Below are positions 10,035-19,946 of a stretch of 64,000 nt of DNA, piece by piece; the first letter of the stretch is position 1, and the number at the start of each line of letters is the position of its first letter. The stretch covers positions 32,001 to 96,000 of the forward strand of contig CAWJQU010000016.1 of the NCBI GenBank assembly GCA_963845145.1, read 5' to 3'. A model generated the notes under the pieces. That model worked only from the letters and a program-made list of their open reading frames with translations, was not told the DNA's origin and searched no databases. A program made the position numbers and the translations under genes. The DNA comes from an uncultured delta proteobacterium (lineage in GTDB: Bacteria > Desulfobacterota > Desulfobacteria > Desulfobacterales > QNYZ01).

Positions 10035-10854
10035 TCAGATCTGCTCCATGGGAAGTCTGATCGGAAGGATGGTCGAGGTGTACTTCTCGAATCTCCATCA
10101 GCGGGTATTCTCCCTGATCCGTGGCCAGCATGCGTTGACCGGTTCCAAGAAAAAAATCATTTCCGGCATCTGTCCAATTTGTTTTTCGACCCATACGAAA
10201 AGAGCTATCCGTGTTTTCTTCCGAACCGGAGTACCGGCTCGGGATCAGGCCAACCGCTTCGCCATGGTTGGCCCAGGTGAAGTTTGCCGTTGCCCATACG
10301 GCATCTCGAAGGTTGGTTGGTTTGTCAATTTGAATCTTTCGAATCCGCTCAAAGGGAATCCAATAATATTTACCATTGACGATTGCCTCAAGGGTCGGCC
10401 CAAGCCTTGAGTCTGCATCGGCAATCCATGTAAACGCCTGCCCGTCAATTTGTCCCGCTATTTCCGGCGCAGCCTCAAATGCCTGATCGCGTAAGTTGGC
10501 GGCCGCATCAAGGTTGCCGGCAGTTAAAAGACCGGGAATCTGGGTAAGCCAAACCATCCAATCCAGGGGTTCACCTAAAATCAACGGCGTCCGTTGGCCT
10601 TTAAAAATATCGGTACGTAAAGCTTCACAATTTAGGGCGGGACGATATACCTGCGCCATCAACAGGGCGTCGGAATCCATGTCTGCGGCTACATTTAGCT
10701 GTGTAAGCGCACGATCCCACTGACCGAGGACACTGAGCAACTGAAAAAGAAATATTCGAAGTTCTACTTTGGCCGGATTGTTGCGGATATCTTCCTGAAG
10801 GGCGTTCAGTGCTTGTTCAAGGTCGCCGGTTTGGAGGTATGTTTCGGCACGCAT
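10027..10854 (-). CDS. tagJ: T6SS accessory protein TagJ / ImpE / SciE
   Basis: FLFQLLSVLGQWDRALTQL, WIADADSRLGP.LE, YYWIPF, GQRMLATD. Start moved to the ATG at 10854, which has an RBS. Confidence 0.93.
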   Translation of the reverse strand: MRAETYLQTGDLEQALNALQEDIRNNPAKVELRIFLFQLLSVLGQWDRALTQLNVAADMDSDALLMAQVYRPALNCEALRTDIFKGQRTPLILGEPLDWMVWLTQIPGLLTAGNLDAAANLRDQAFEAAPEIAGQIDGQAFTWIADADSRLGPTLEAIVNGKYYWIPFERIRKIQIDKPTNLRDAVWATANFTWANHGEAVGLIPSRYSGSEENTDSSFRMGRKTNWTDAGNDFFLGTGQRMLATDQGEYPLMEIREVHLDHPSDQTSHGADLNG

Positions 10855-10916
10855 AGGCTCCCCGCTTTCTATTGTAGAGGTGAGGATCAATTCCTACTTT
10901 TCATCTTTTGAGGTAT

Positions 10917-10971
10917 GCCAGATCGTATTTATAATCCTTCGCATCCGTACGGATGTCTCTTACGATCTGGC
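10917..10971. other. nested stem-loop downstream of tssC
   Basis: Outer 11-bp inverted repeat gccagatcgta/tacgatctggc encloses the perfect 14-nt palindrome catccgtacggatg (10942-10955). Confidence 0.7.
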
Positions 10972-11038
10972 CTGCCCCAGTCCTGGCCAACACCAGAGAA
11001 GCCGGTATTTTTCTGCGGGCGCAAACAGATTGAAGGGG

Positions 11039-12538
11039 TTACGCTCCGCCTTTGGCCGATGGTAGCTTAGAGACCAACCGCAGCGATACCGTTAAGCCCT
11101 CGAGTTGATAGTGTGGGCGCAGAAAAAACTTGGCGCTATAGTATCCTGGATTGCCCTCGATATCTTCCACCACAACCTCTGCCGCCGCTAAGGGATATCT
11201 GGCCTTGACATCATCTGAAGCCGTCGGATCAGTGGTGACATAATTTGTGATCCAGTTATTTAGCCAGGTCTCTACACCGGCGCGTTCTTTAAAGGAACCC
11301 ACTTTGTCACGGACGATACACTTTAAATAGTGGGCAAAGCGGCAAGTCGCAAAGAGGTAGGGGAGCCGTGCCCCTAGATTTGCATTGGCGGTGGCATCGG
11401 GATCATCAAATTCGGCAGGGTTGTGTAGTGACTGGGCTCCCACGAAAACCGCGTAATCCGTATTTTTCCAGTGTGAAAGCGGAATGAGGCCGTTTTTGGC
11501 CAGCTCGGCTTCCCGGCGATCCGTGACGGCAATTTCTGTTGGACATTTCATATCAACGCCGCCATCATCCGTCGGAAACGTATGGGTGGGCAAGCCTTCC
11601 ACCATACCACCACTCTCGGCACCCCGAATCTGCGAACACCAGCCGTACATTTTAAATGCCCGGTTGATATTAACGGCCATGGCATAGGCTGCGTTAGACC
11701 AGCAGTATTTTGAATGATCCGCACCCTCGGTGTCCTCTTCAAAGTCAAACTCTTCCACTGGTTCTGTTTTGGCGCCGTAGGGAAGGCGGGACAGGAATCT
11801 GGGCATCGTCAGTCCGAGATACTTGGAATCTTCCGAGTCCCTTAAAGATCGCCAGGGCGCATATTCGGCGGTTTGAAATATCTTGGTTAAATCGCGGGGA
11901 TTTCCTAGTTCCTGCCACGTTTCCATATTCATTAGCCCCGGATCGGCGGCGGAAATAAAAGGTGCGTGGGCGGCCGCGGCAATCTCCGCCATTCCTTTTA
12001 ACATTTCAACATTTTGGGGTGTATGATCAAAGGCATAATCGCCGATGAGGCAACCGTAGGGTTCACCGCCGGGGGTGCCATATTCGTCTTCGTACATTTT
12101 TCTAAACAATGGGCTTTGATCCCAGGCCGTGCCTTTAAACTTTTTAATCGTTTTGCCAAGGTCTTTTTTGGTCAAGTTTAACACCCTGATCTTGAGATTC
12201 TCGTCCGTCTCGGTGTTATTCACAAGGTGAGATAATCCACGCCATGTTCCCTCCAGTTGTTGAAAGTCTTCATGGTGCATGATTAAATTGATCTGCTCAG
12301 TCAGTTTTTTATCGATTTGGGCCACAATTGATTCGATCGTCTTGACCGCATCATCTGAAATCAAGGTTGTCTTTTCCAAGGCTTCCGCCGCCAATGTCTG
12401 GACAGCGTTTTGTACTGCCTCGCGGGCTCTATCGGTCTTGGGCTTAAATTCTTTCTTGAGGAGCCACTCAAACTCATTCATCTCCATGGGTTGGGCTTCT
12501 GCCGCTTCCGGGGCAGTGTCTTTTTTTGTATCTGCCAT
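11039..12538 (-). CDS. tssC: T6SS contractile sheath large subunit TssC (VipB)
   Basis: FQQLEGTWRGL, EYGTPGGEPYG, AAAAHAPF, PRFLSRLPYG, CPTEIAVTDRREAEL, RPHYQLEGL. Confidence 0.97.
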   Translation of the reverse strand: MADTKKDTAPEAAEAQPMEMNEFEWLLKKEFKPKTDRAREAVQNAVQTLAAEALEKTTLISDDAVKTIESIVAQIDKKLTEQINLIMHHEDFQQLEGTWRGLSHLVNNTETDENLKIRVLNLTKKDLGKTIKKFKGTAWDQSPLFRKMYEDEYGTPGGEPYGCLIGDYAFDHTPQNVEMLKGMAEIAAAAHAPFISAADPGLMNMETWQELGNPRDLTKIFQTAEYAPWRSLRDSEDSKYLGLTMPRFLSRLPYGAKTEPVEEFDFEEDTEGADHSKYCWSNAAYAMAVNINRAFKMYGWCSQIRGAESGGMVEGLPTHTFPTDDGGVDMKCPTEIAVTDRREAELAKNGLIPLSHWKNTDYAVFVGAQSLHNPAEFDDPDATANANLGARLPYLFATCRFAHYLKCIVRDKVGSFKERAGVETWLNNWITNYVTTDPTASDDVKARYPLAAAEVVVEDIEGNPGYYSAKFFLRPHYQLEGLTVSLRLVSKLPSAKGGA

Positions 12539-12540
12539 GA

Positions 12541-13074
12541 TCAACCTTCCTCTTTAGTCTCTTCTGATTTATCATTTGGATTGGGGGTCGATGACAATGA
12601 CTGCATGAGAGCCGGATCATTCAAGAGCTTGGCAACGAGATCCTCGGCGCCTCCCTTGCCGTCCATGTAAGTTAATAAATTTGACAATTGGGTGCGGGCG
12701 GTCATCAGTTTGTCCAGCGCCTCGACCTTTTTAGCCACTGCCGCCGGCGAAAAGTCATCCATGCTCTCAAAAGTCAAGTCCACACTGATATTACCCTCTC
12801 CGGTTAAACTGTTGGGCACCTGAAAGGCGACACGCGGTTTTGATGACTTCATGCGGTCGTCGAAATTATCCACATCGATTTCCAGGAATTTACGTTCTGT
12901 CACCGCAGGAAGCGCCTCTTCCGGCTTCCCCGATAGATCTGCCATAACGCCCATTACAAAGGGTAGATTGATCTTCTGCTCCGCCCCGTAAGTCTCCAGA
13001 TCATACTCTATCTGGACTCGCGGCGCTCTATTTCGTGCGATAAACTTCTGACTGCTTGCCTTCCGTTTAGCCAT
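12541..13074 (-). CDS. tssB: T6SS contractile sheath small subunit TssB (VipA)
   Basis: SSQKFIARNRAPRVQIEYD, LPFVMGVMADLSG, FESMDDFSP. Confidence 0.97.
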   Translation of the reverse strand: MAKRKASSQKFIARNRAPRVQIEYDLETYGAEQKINLPFVMGVMADLSGKPEEALPAVTERKFLEIDVDNFDDRMKSSKPRVAFQVPNSLTGEGNISVDLTFESMDDFSPAAVAKKVEALDKLMTARTQLSNLLTYMDGKGGAEDLVAKLLNDPALMQSLSSTPNPNDKSEETKEEG

Positions 13075-13167
13075 AACTTTTCCTCCCCTATTTTTGAAGA
13101 TAAGACCTCAGCGTACCAAGGCTTTGCAAACAGTTGCGCTTTCTTTATTCGATGCAAGTAAAATGTC

Positions 13168-14318
13168 TCACTCTTCAGATGTTTCCTCCTGCTGACCGCT
13201 AACCATGATCACCTGAGACATCGCGTCAGGTGATATATCGCGAATGATGTCTACGAAGCTGCTACCAACCAGACGTTTGGCCCGTTTAATCAGCAAAGGC
13301 ACCGGGCTGGATGGTTCGTTTTGCTCGTAATAAGTCACAATCATATCCAGTGCTTTGATTACTTCCTGCTTCGAAGTGATCTGTCCGGACAACATCTGAT
13401 CGGGTGCTCCACCAGTGGACATCACAGAATCCTCCGTGTCCGTCTGTGGCTTTTTTGAATTGGATCGCTTACGATCCAAATAGGTTCCCATTTTTGACTG
13501 GATCTGTTTCAATACCGATACATCAGGTCCATACCCTCTTCGCTCCAGATACATGCCCGTTTTCGATTGAAGCTGTTTTAACAGATTCTCCAGCCGGGTA
13601 AAATTGGGTGCCACTGCCGTTCCAACATGTTCAATGAGCAGGGTATCCAGGGCATTAATATGCTCAAGACACTCATGTAAGACCTGATCGGTAGTTTGCA
13701 GCGATTTGATTTCCGTCTGTTCAAAGGCAGCATCGATGATTTGCGTTGTCGGCACGCTACTGCCTTCCATATCTGGTGCCGATAGTTCGCCCGATGCGAT
13801 AAGGATGTGACGCAGGCTCGGGTGTGGTAGACGACTATCCTCTGGTGCGCAAAGGGGGACGTCCATCAGCCGGGATCTGAACTTCATGGGATCTTGGTCA
13901 CTCATCACCGTATTGGGGGGGAAAGGGCGCTGATGATATTCATCCGTTCGAGAGGGTCATTGTTGTCGTCGGGGTCTAATTGCGGGTATACATGGTCCCA
14001 GTATTGCTCAATGACACCTCGCAGTAAGGCAAGGCCCGCGCAAAAGCCCAACAATCCATTCTTACAAAGCGCCGAGAGCGTCAGAAAGAGGATCAGCCTC
14101 AAATCCTTGCTACGTTCAAGCAACTCAAGGCTGCGGCGATAGACTTTATCCCAGTCAGGTTCCTGGCTCTCCTGGATATGGTCGCCCACCTGTGTCTCGG
14201 CGGTACCTTGAACAAGCCCTTCAAGCTCTAGAAAAGGGACTTCGTAAGAAAGGTCCTCGCCACAGGGTGACTCAGGCGAAATCTCCGTTAGGAGTGCGTC
14301 CACATCAAAAGCGGTCAC
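13168..14318 (-). CDS. tssA: T6SS protein TssA (ImpA_N plus C-terminal EPSSP domain), split by a 1-nt frameshift in a G7 run
   Basis: N-fragment 13905-14318 has PCGEDL, PDW, SKDLR, YWDHVYPQLD. C-fragment 13168-13908 has YYEQNEPSSPVPLLIKRAKRLV. Adding one base to the run at 13915-13921 joins them (LSPPNTVMSDQDP) into about 383 aa. Confidence 0.9.
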
Positions 14319-14392
14319 AGCGCGCCCCCCATTTCCGGATTTTCACGGATTAAATCTTCCAGGTACATTTTTGAAATCTTTCCTTAGACGTT

Positions 14393-14457
14393 CGTGTAAA
14401 AATCAGTTCACCGTTTTAGGTGTTGAGGCGTTTAAAATGTGAAATTATTTTTGCGCG
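14393..14457. repeat. imperfect long inverted repeat (MITE/IS-end-like remnant), copy 1
   Basis: Left arm cgtgtaaaaatcagttcaccgttttaggtgt pairs (with G:T pairs) to right arm gcgtttaaaatgtgaaattatttttgcgcg. 26 nt of the right arm (14432-14457) recur exactly at 35525-35550. Confidence 0.65.
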
Positions 14458-14563
14458 CGCCCTTTGCCTGAAAATAATAAAGTATTGTACCACACAAGCG
14501 GCGCATTGTGAATCGTTTTTTCCTGTCAATCAGCGACCTTATATTCCTATTGCTTTTGTTGAA

Positions 14564-15325
14564 TTATTCCGTTTTTCCCAGCGTCCACAAACGAACGAAA
14601 TCCGATGGAGACAAAGGGCGGTTAAACACAGCTAAATAAGGTTTTTCCACGGGTCCCCCCATAAAGAGCGCGTTGGGGCACTGATTTTGATCCTCTGCGC
14701 GACGTTGCCACTGCATCATCGCGGCCTCGATAGGATCACCTCTTAATGGGACAATTTGGTCGCTTTCAATCGTCAGTCTATCGGCTTGCTTAAAGTCACT
14801 ACGGCGCAGTCGTTCTGTCTCGGGTAGTGAGGTTATCGTTGTGTTGGTTAATATTGATCGTTTCAATTTTATGTCAGACCAATCCACAACGGGTGGTTGG
14901 AATTTACCTAAAGCCCGCTCGAGTTCACTGAATTTTTCGGCACGGGAAGCAGTAAGTTCTTCCATCCTGCGCCAAGTAAGTTCTAATCCTACTGACAGAT
15001 ATTCCCAATAGCGTTCCCATCCTTTTAATTTGCCAGTGCCCATGACCAGTAGGGGATAGGGCCGGCCTAGCCGATCACAACTATTGGTAATAACGCCACA
15101 GGCGAGGGCATGATTACCCGTCGCCTGAGTCCAAAACCGCCACGTGCAGGGTTTTCGGGCATCGCTTTCCTCGACGCTTAATTGGCTGTAGCCCTTCTGG
15201 ATCCAGTTGGATAAAGCCAGTTCAACGCGAGTTTTTAGGCCCCAATTCAGGTAGTCACTAGCTGAAGGGTGTTTACCCCAAATAGTCCATTGCCACCGTA
15301 ATTTGTCGATTATTGATCCCAGCAC
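14564..15325 (-). CDS. tagF: T6SS-associated TagF-like protein (DUF2094)
   Basis: WGKHPSASDY, WRFW, SCDRLGRPYPL; overlaps the tssM 3' end. Confidence 0.85.
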   Translation of the reverse strand: MLGSIIDKLRWQWTIWGKHPSASDYLNWGLKTRVELALSNWIQKGYSQLSVEESDARKPCTWRFWTQATGNHALACGVITNSCDRLGRPYPLLVMGTGKLKGWERYWEYLSVGLELTWRRMEELTASRAEKFSELERALGKFQPPVVDWSDIKLKRSILTNTTITSLPETERLRRSDFKQADRLTIESDQIVPLRGDPIEAAMMQWQRRAEDQNQCPNALFMGGPVEKPYLAVFNRPLSPSDFVRLWTLGKTE

Positions 15326-18300
15326 GCTACAATGTCCCGCGGCACATCAGGAATTCTAGACTCCCAAGCTTGTTTTACTTTCTGGGCCAAAAGTTTCTTT
15401 TGTTTTTTTAAACGATCCTTAGCCTGTTGTTCTTTAAGTTCTTTTAAGGCCTGTTTGGCTTCCATGTGCGCCAGCATTTGTCCGATATTCATCGTCTGGT
15501 TTGATTTTTCAATTTTTTGGCGTGCATCACGCGCCTGGGATGCATTTTTGGCTGCCGCGGCGATTCGCAGTGTCTCTTTTCTCTTTTTTTCACGTTCTTC
15601 TTGATCGGAAATAATCGCTACTATCGGCTGATGCCCATCAAATTGATAGTTTACCTTGATATACTTAACGCCTTGGTGTTTAAGGACATCCGTCTTCTCG
15701 GCAAATTCACTAAGGGCAAATGTACGTTTACCTCCGGGAAAGTCATTAAAAAACTGGGGGAAAGCCAGTTGTCCCGAATATTTTTTGGTTAATACCTGGC
15801 TACCGATTTCGATTTTAAGGGTAACATCAGTACATATCTCAGGGACCCAGACAAAGGTTTTATCGACTGGAAAATTCATGTTTACCAGGCTGGTCTTCCG
15901 GTCACCACAATGGAGCATCAGCGTTGCCGCATGGGGTTCAATGCGGGCATTGGAATTCACATCGGTGGGCAGTCCCTTTATGGATACAACATACTTGTCT
16001 TTTAACATTAGCGGCGGTGGTTCCGGTTCCGGCGATATCGGTTCCGGCAATTGCATCGGCGTCTTTTGATAATCCCGTAAAAATAATAGTTCAAGCAAGG
16101 CATCGGTTTCACCGGCGGATTCCAAAGAGGCCTCCAATCCGGAATCTAAATCAATCGCTTGTTTGTGTTTTATCATCTCCATGCCACGGGTGACGAAATC
16201 CAGAAAATCAGTTTTAAATGGCAAGCGCCGACCGAGCGACAACCGGGGGAAAATTCCTTTTTCAAGATTGCGGCTGAGAAACGGGGCGGCCGGGCCATTA
16301 ATGAACTTAACGGCATAACCATCCGATGCAAACAGGAGTTCGTGGATACGCGTTTTGTCACCAATCCCTTTAATCTCAAACAGGACATCCTTTTCCCAAA
16401 GCTGGTTTAAATAACAGGCGCTTTCCAAATTCACATAGTCTCGCATGAAATAAAGGGGACCCGAGGTGAGGTTCCAAAATGCTTTTTGGTAAATCGGGTC
16501 TTGGATCTCAAGGGCATTTTGTAGCTTTTTCAGTGCTTTATGGGCAACAAAAAATGGAGATTCACTGGTTGCCGGATCGTCTTTAAAATAATCGACGGTC
16601 AACTGATAAGAGACTTGTCTAGATTCCGCGGTCAAAGCGATATCGCTCAAAGCCTTTCGATAAGTTTGATAAGCTTTGGCGGCAATCATTTGAACTTCAA
16701 GCGGGCTGCCTACTCCGGTTTTGCTCACTTTTTTTTCAATTTTTTCAATCTTATTGAGCAGGTTTTTTCCCTTTCGGGTCGCTTTGGCGATGACACCTAA
16801 TTTCTCTATTGAATCACCACTGTTCGCCTGTGTTTTGGCGGCCTGCAGACCTTTCACCAGATGAATCCAGGGAATCAGGGTTTTATCCTCATCAGGATCT
16901 GCTCGTTGACTGTCGATGGCTGCCAGCTGGATGGCAAGGGTGTCGAGAAATGCAAAATAGGGGCTATGATCGGTGGTAATTCTTCTGGCCACCTGTTGCC
17001 AGGCGGTTTTGTCGGCCAGCCAGTACTCTCCCTTGGGAAAGGCAATCGTAAAATCGTTCCAAATCTTGGCAAAGGCGGCAGGGTACCATTGATTGAAATC
17101 GGGCTTTTTATCAGTGAAGATCGTGGGGTCAGGCAGGGCAGACTCAATCTCACCCATTAGTAGATCGATATGTTTTTTCCCTTCTACCGTAAAGGCAGGT
17201 GGAATGGTGATATTATCGGGATTTCGTCAACCGGTCGCCCCAATAATCTTCGAGCGTAATGTATTCCAGGTCGGGCTGGATATTGGCCCAAGCCACCAGC
17301 CAGTTAATATTATCGGGTTTTGTGGCCAGGATATATTTTAGCCAACTTTGCAATTGTTGCATTTCCCCGGTCAATTTAGCGGTTTGCCCCTGCCAGGCTA
17401 AATATTGGTCATTCAAAAGGTTAAATTGGGAGGTGATCTCCGACTCCAGAGTCGCGTCGGCCATGACCAGATCGGGATCATATAGTGGGTGGGAACGATT
17501 CTGGAGGGCGTCAAATCCATCTCCGGAAAACCGTGCTTTTAACAGGTTAATTCGTCGGGCCAAATGGGCCGCATAGCGGCCGATCAGTGTATCGGGGATT
17601 TCTTTGCCGGCGGCGGCCAAAGTCTCTTCCAGACGAAGATCATAGGCCGCGGATAAAGACTCGGAAAAGGTGCGGCAATAGCTATTTTTAAGCTGCATTT
17701 CCACTTCATTGCTTTCGATTAAACCGAATCGTGGGAGCCACCAGCTGTTGTTTTTCTTTTCGACATCAAGAACCACTTGTCGGAATCGGTCCATCTGGGA
17801 TAAGTCAGACAGTAATTTGCCCTCAAGGACAGGGGGTTTGAAAAATTCGTTCGGTATGCCTCGAATAATGCTTAAGTTTTTGACAAATGAAAAACTCAAA
17901 AGACCGCATAAGGCGATTATCACCGTTACCCATGCGGTTAACCCGATATTACGCGTGAGGCGTCCCCATCGAATGGTTCGTGTGGTCGGGACAAACAGCC
18001 GTCGGTCATGGGGGAGAATTTTGGTGAATAAATTGTGGAGAAAAAGGCCCCGGTCGGAGTTAGGGAGAACATCCCCGGTTTCGATGACGCCCAAAGCCTT
18101 TAAAAAGTGGGAGTAGGGCGTCCCCTCTTGGTGTCCACTGCTAAAATACAAACCTCTAAAGATCGGTGTTTCCTGGTAGGGGTTGGGTAGGAAAGCGCCC
18201 TTCAAAAAAGCCGTTAAACCTGGTTTAACTTGTTCGAATTCGTCCGGGAAAAGAATAAGGGCGGGGTCAGCTCCGTCACCGGTAACCCGTCCATGAACGC

Positions 18301-19259
18301 TGGCCGAGGATTTATGCAGCAAGACGAGGCGAAGATCCCGAAGCCGTTCGGCAATCGTGCCCACGGCCTGGTTTACAAAAGCGGAAACCTCGGCCATGGG
18401 GTCGGGATTAACGACACCCATGGCCTGTTGCAGCGCTTTGTCGTCTAGTTGGTCGCAAAATTGGGTCATCCCCTTAATCAGATCACATTTGGTGATGAGA
18501 ATGTAGACCGGAAATTTTGTCCCCAGTATCCGCATGAGCTCGTCGATACGCTTGCGGATACTCCGGCCGGTTTCTTCCAGTTGTTCGGCACCTAATTGGA
18601 GTAGGTTGTCTGCCGCTACCGTTACGACTAATCCATTTAAGGGCTCTTTCTTTCTAAACTTGGCCAGGAGGGATAAGAATTGGTGCCATTCATCCCGATC
18701 ACGGCCTTCGTCTACGGGGACGGCATATCGACCGGCCGTATCGAGTAACACCGCCTGTTCAAAAAACCACCAATCACAATTTCGGGTGCCGGAAATCCCG
18801 GATATTCGGCTGACTTCGGCAAACGAGGATGAGAGGCCCGCATTTTTAATGGCTGTGGTTTTGCCAGAGCCGCTTTCGCCGATGACCAGATACCATGGTA
18901 GGACGTACAGCGGATTACCGTATTGTTTTAGATGCGAGGCTTTAAGGGTTTCGACAGCCTCTTTCCAACGTGACTGAAGATCGCGAAGACGTTCGGTATC
19001 GCCCACATCCGCATGTTTTAGCGAGGCTTCATCTTGGGCAATGACCTGGTTGACAAAATGTTTCTCCCTTCGTCGCAAAAAAAGCCTTCGAATAAACCAA
19101 AGGATCAATATAAACCCTATGAGTGCCGGCCAGGATGAACCCGCCCATCCACCAGGGCCATCCCAAGGTCAATACAAGGCCGAATACGACTAGACCGATG
19201 AGTAGTATCAGCGTAATCAACAAAAAGATTTTTAGTAATTTAATCAAGAGCGCTTTCAT
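15310..19259 (-). CDS. tssM: T6SS membrane complex protein TssM (IcmF), in three ORF pieces from two 1-nt frameshifts
   Basis: N-terminal TM helices (19029-19259); LYVLPWYLVIGESGSGKTT, CDWWF, LDTAGRY, PLNGLVV, FRGLYFSS (17213-19108); periplasmic part (15310-17157). Removing one base near 19126-19129 and one near 17222-17224 gives one frame (TNPDNITIPPAFTVEGK) of about 1315 aa. Confidence 0.9.
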
Positions 19260-19268
19260 CTCGGATAC

Positions 19269-19946
19269 CTATAAAACAAATCCCTGACCAACATTGTTTA
19301 AAATAAATCGATAGATAAAGAAAAGTACACCGAAAAGAATGACCGGGAAACCGACACAAAAAAGGGTAAAAAAGGAGAACAGGCCACTTTTTGTATGCGA
19401 TGCCATCGGCATTTCGGTTGCGGTGGGATACGCTTCGGAAAATAAAAGGGTACCATTGACAGATGGCGGCCCCACGGCGCTTCCGGTTAACAGTTTCAGA
19501 TTTGATGTTTGAAGTTGATCAAGTAGATATTCATCACCGTCGTGGCAATAGCGGCCCATGAATCCGAGGGCCAGACAAAGATAGTAGACCTCGCGAACAT
19601 CCCGCTGATGGGGACCTAACGTGTTTAAACGTTCGAAAAAAAGTTCGCCGGCATCGGTGGTCTGAAAATAAATCCGTTGGAGTTGTTCGCTCTGCCACCG
19701 GTTTTTATGGGACCAATTTGAGCTTAAAATCACCTCATCCACCCAGGCAAAGACGGCAAAACGGGCCTGGTCGTAGTCATCTGCCGATGACCTGCTTTGA
19801 GCGACCCGGTTTTGGCTCACAGCAATGAACCGCTCAATATCATTTTTGACTTGATCGTATGGGGGTTGGCGTTCGCCGGCCGACCTTTTAAAGTAAGCGA
19901 CATAAGCCACCAGCTCGATAAAACAGTCCATCAAGCGCATGATCAA
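19269..19946 (-). CDS. tssL: T6SS membrane protein TssL (DotU), no OmpA domain
   Basis: ARFAVFAWVDE, LQRIYFQTTDAGELFFERL, EVYYLCLALGFMGRY, single C-terminal TM helix. Confidence 0.94.
   Translation of the reverse strand: MIMRLMDCFIELVAYVAYFKRSAGERQPPYDQVKNDIERFIAVSQNRVAQSRSSADDYDQARFAVFAWVDEVILSSNWSHKNRWQSEQLQRIYFQTTDAGELFFERLNTLGPHQRDVREVYYLCLALGFMGRYCHDGDEYLLDQLQTSNLKLLTGSAVGPPSVNGTLLFSEAYPTATEMPMASHTKSGLFSFFTLFCVGFPVILFGVLFFIYRFILNNVGQGFVL

Noticed and set aside
14420..14635. ORFs at 14420 and 35489 sharing LRRLKCEIIFARAL, suggesting a small protein family
   Set aside because: The shared peptide is only the translation of the DNA repeat arm. At the second locus the plausible gene starts at 35576.
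13168..19259. T6SS decaying into pseudogenes
   Set aside because: There are only single-base indels, no nonsense codons after repair, and the same error type hits ispD. Artefact is the simpler explanation.
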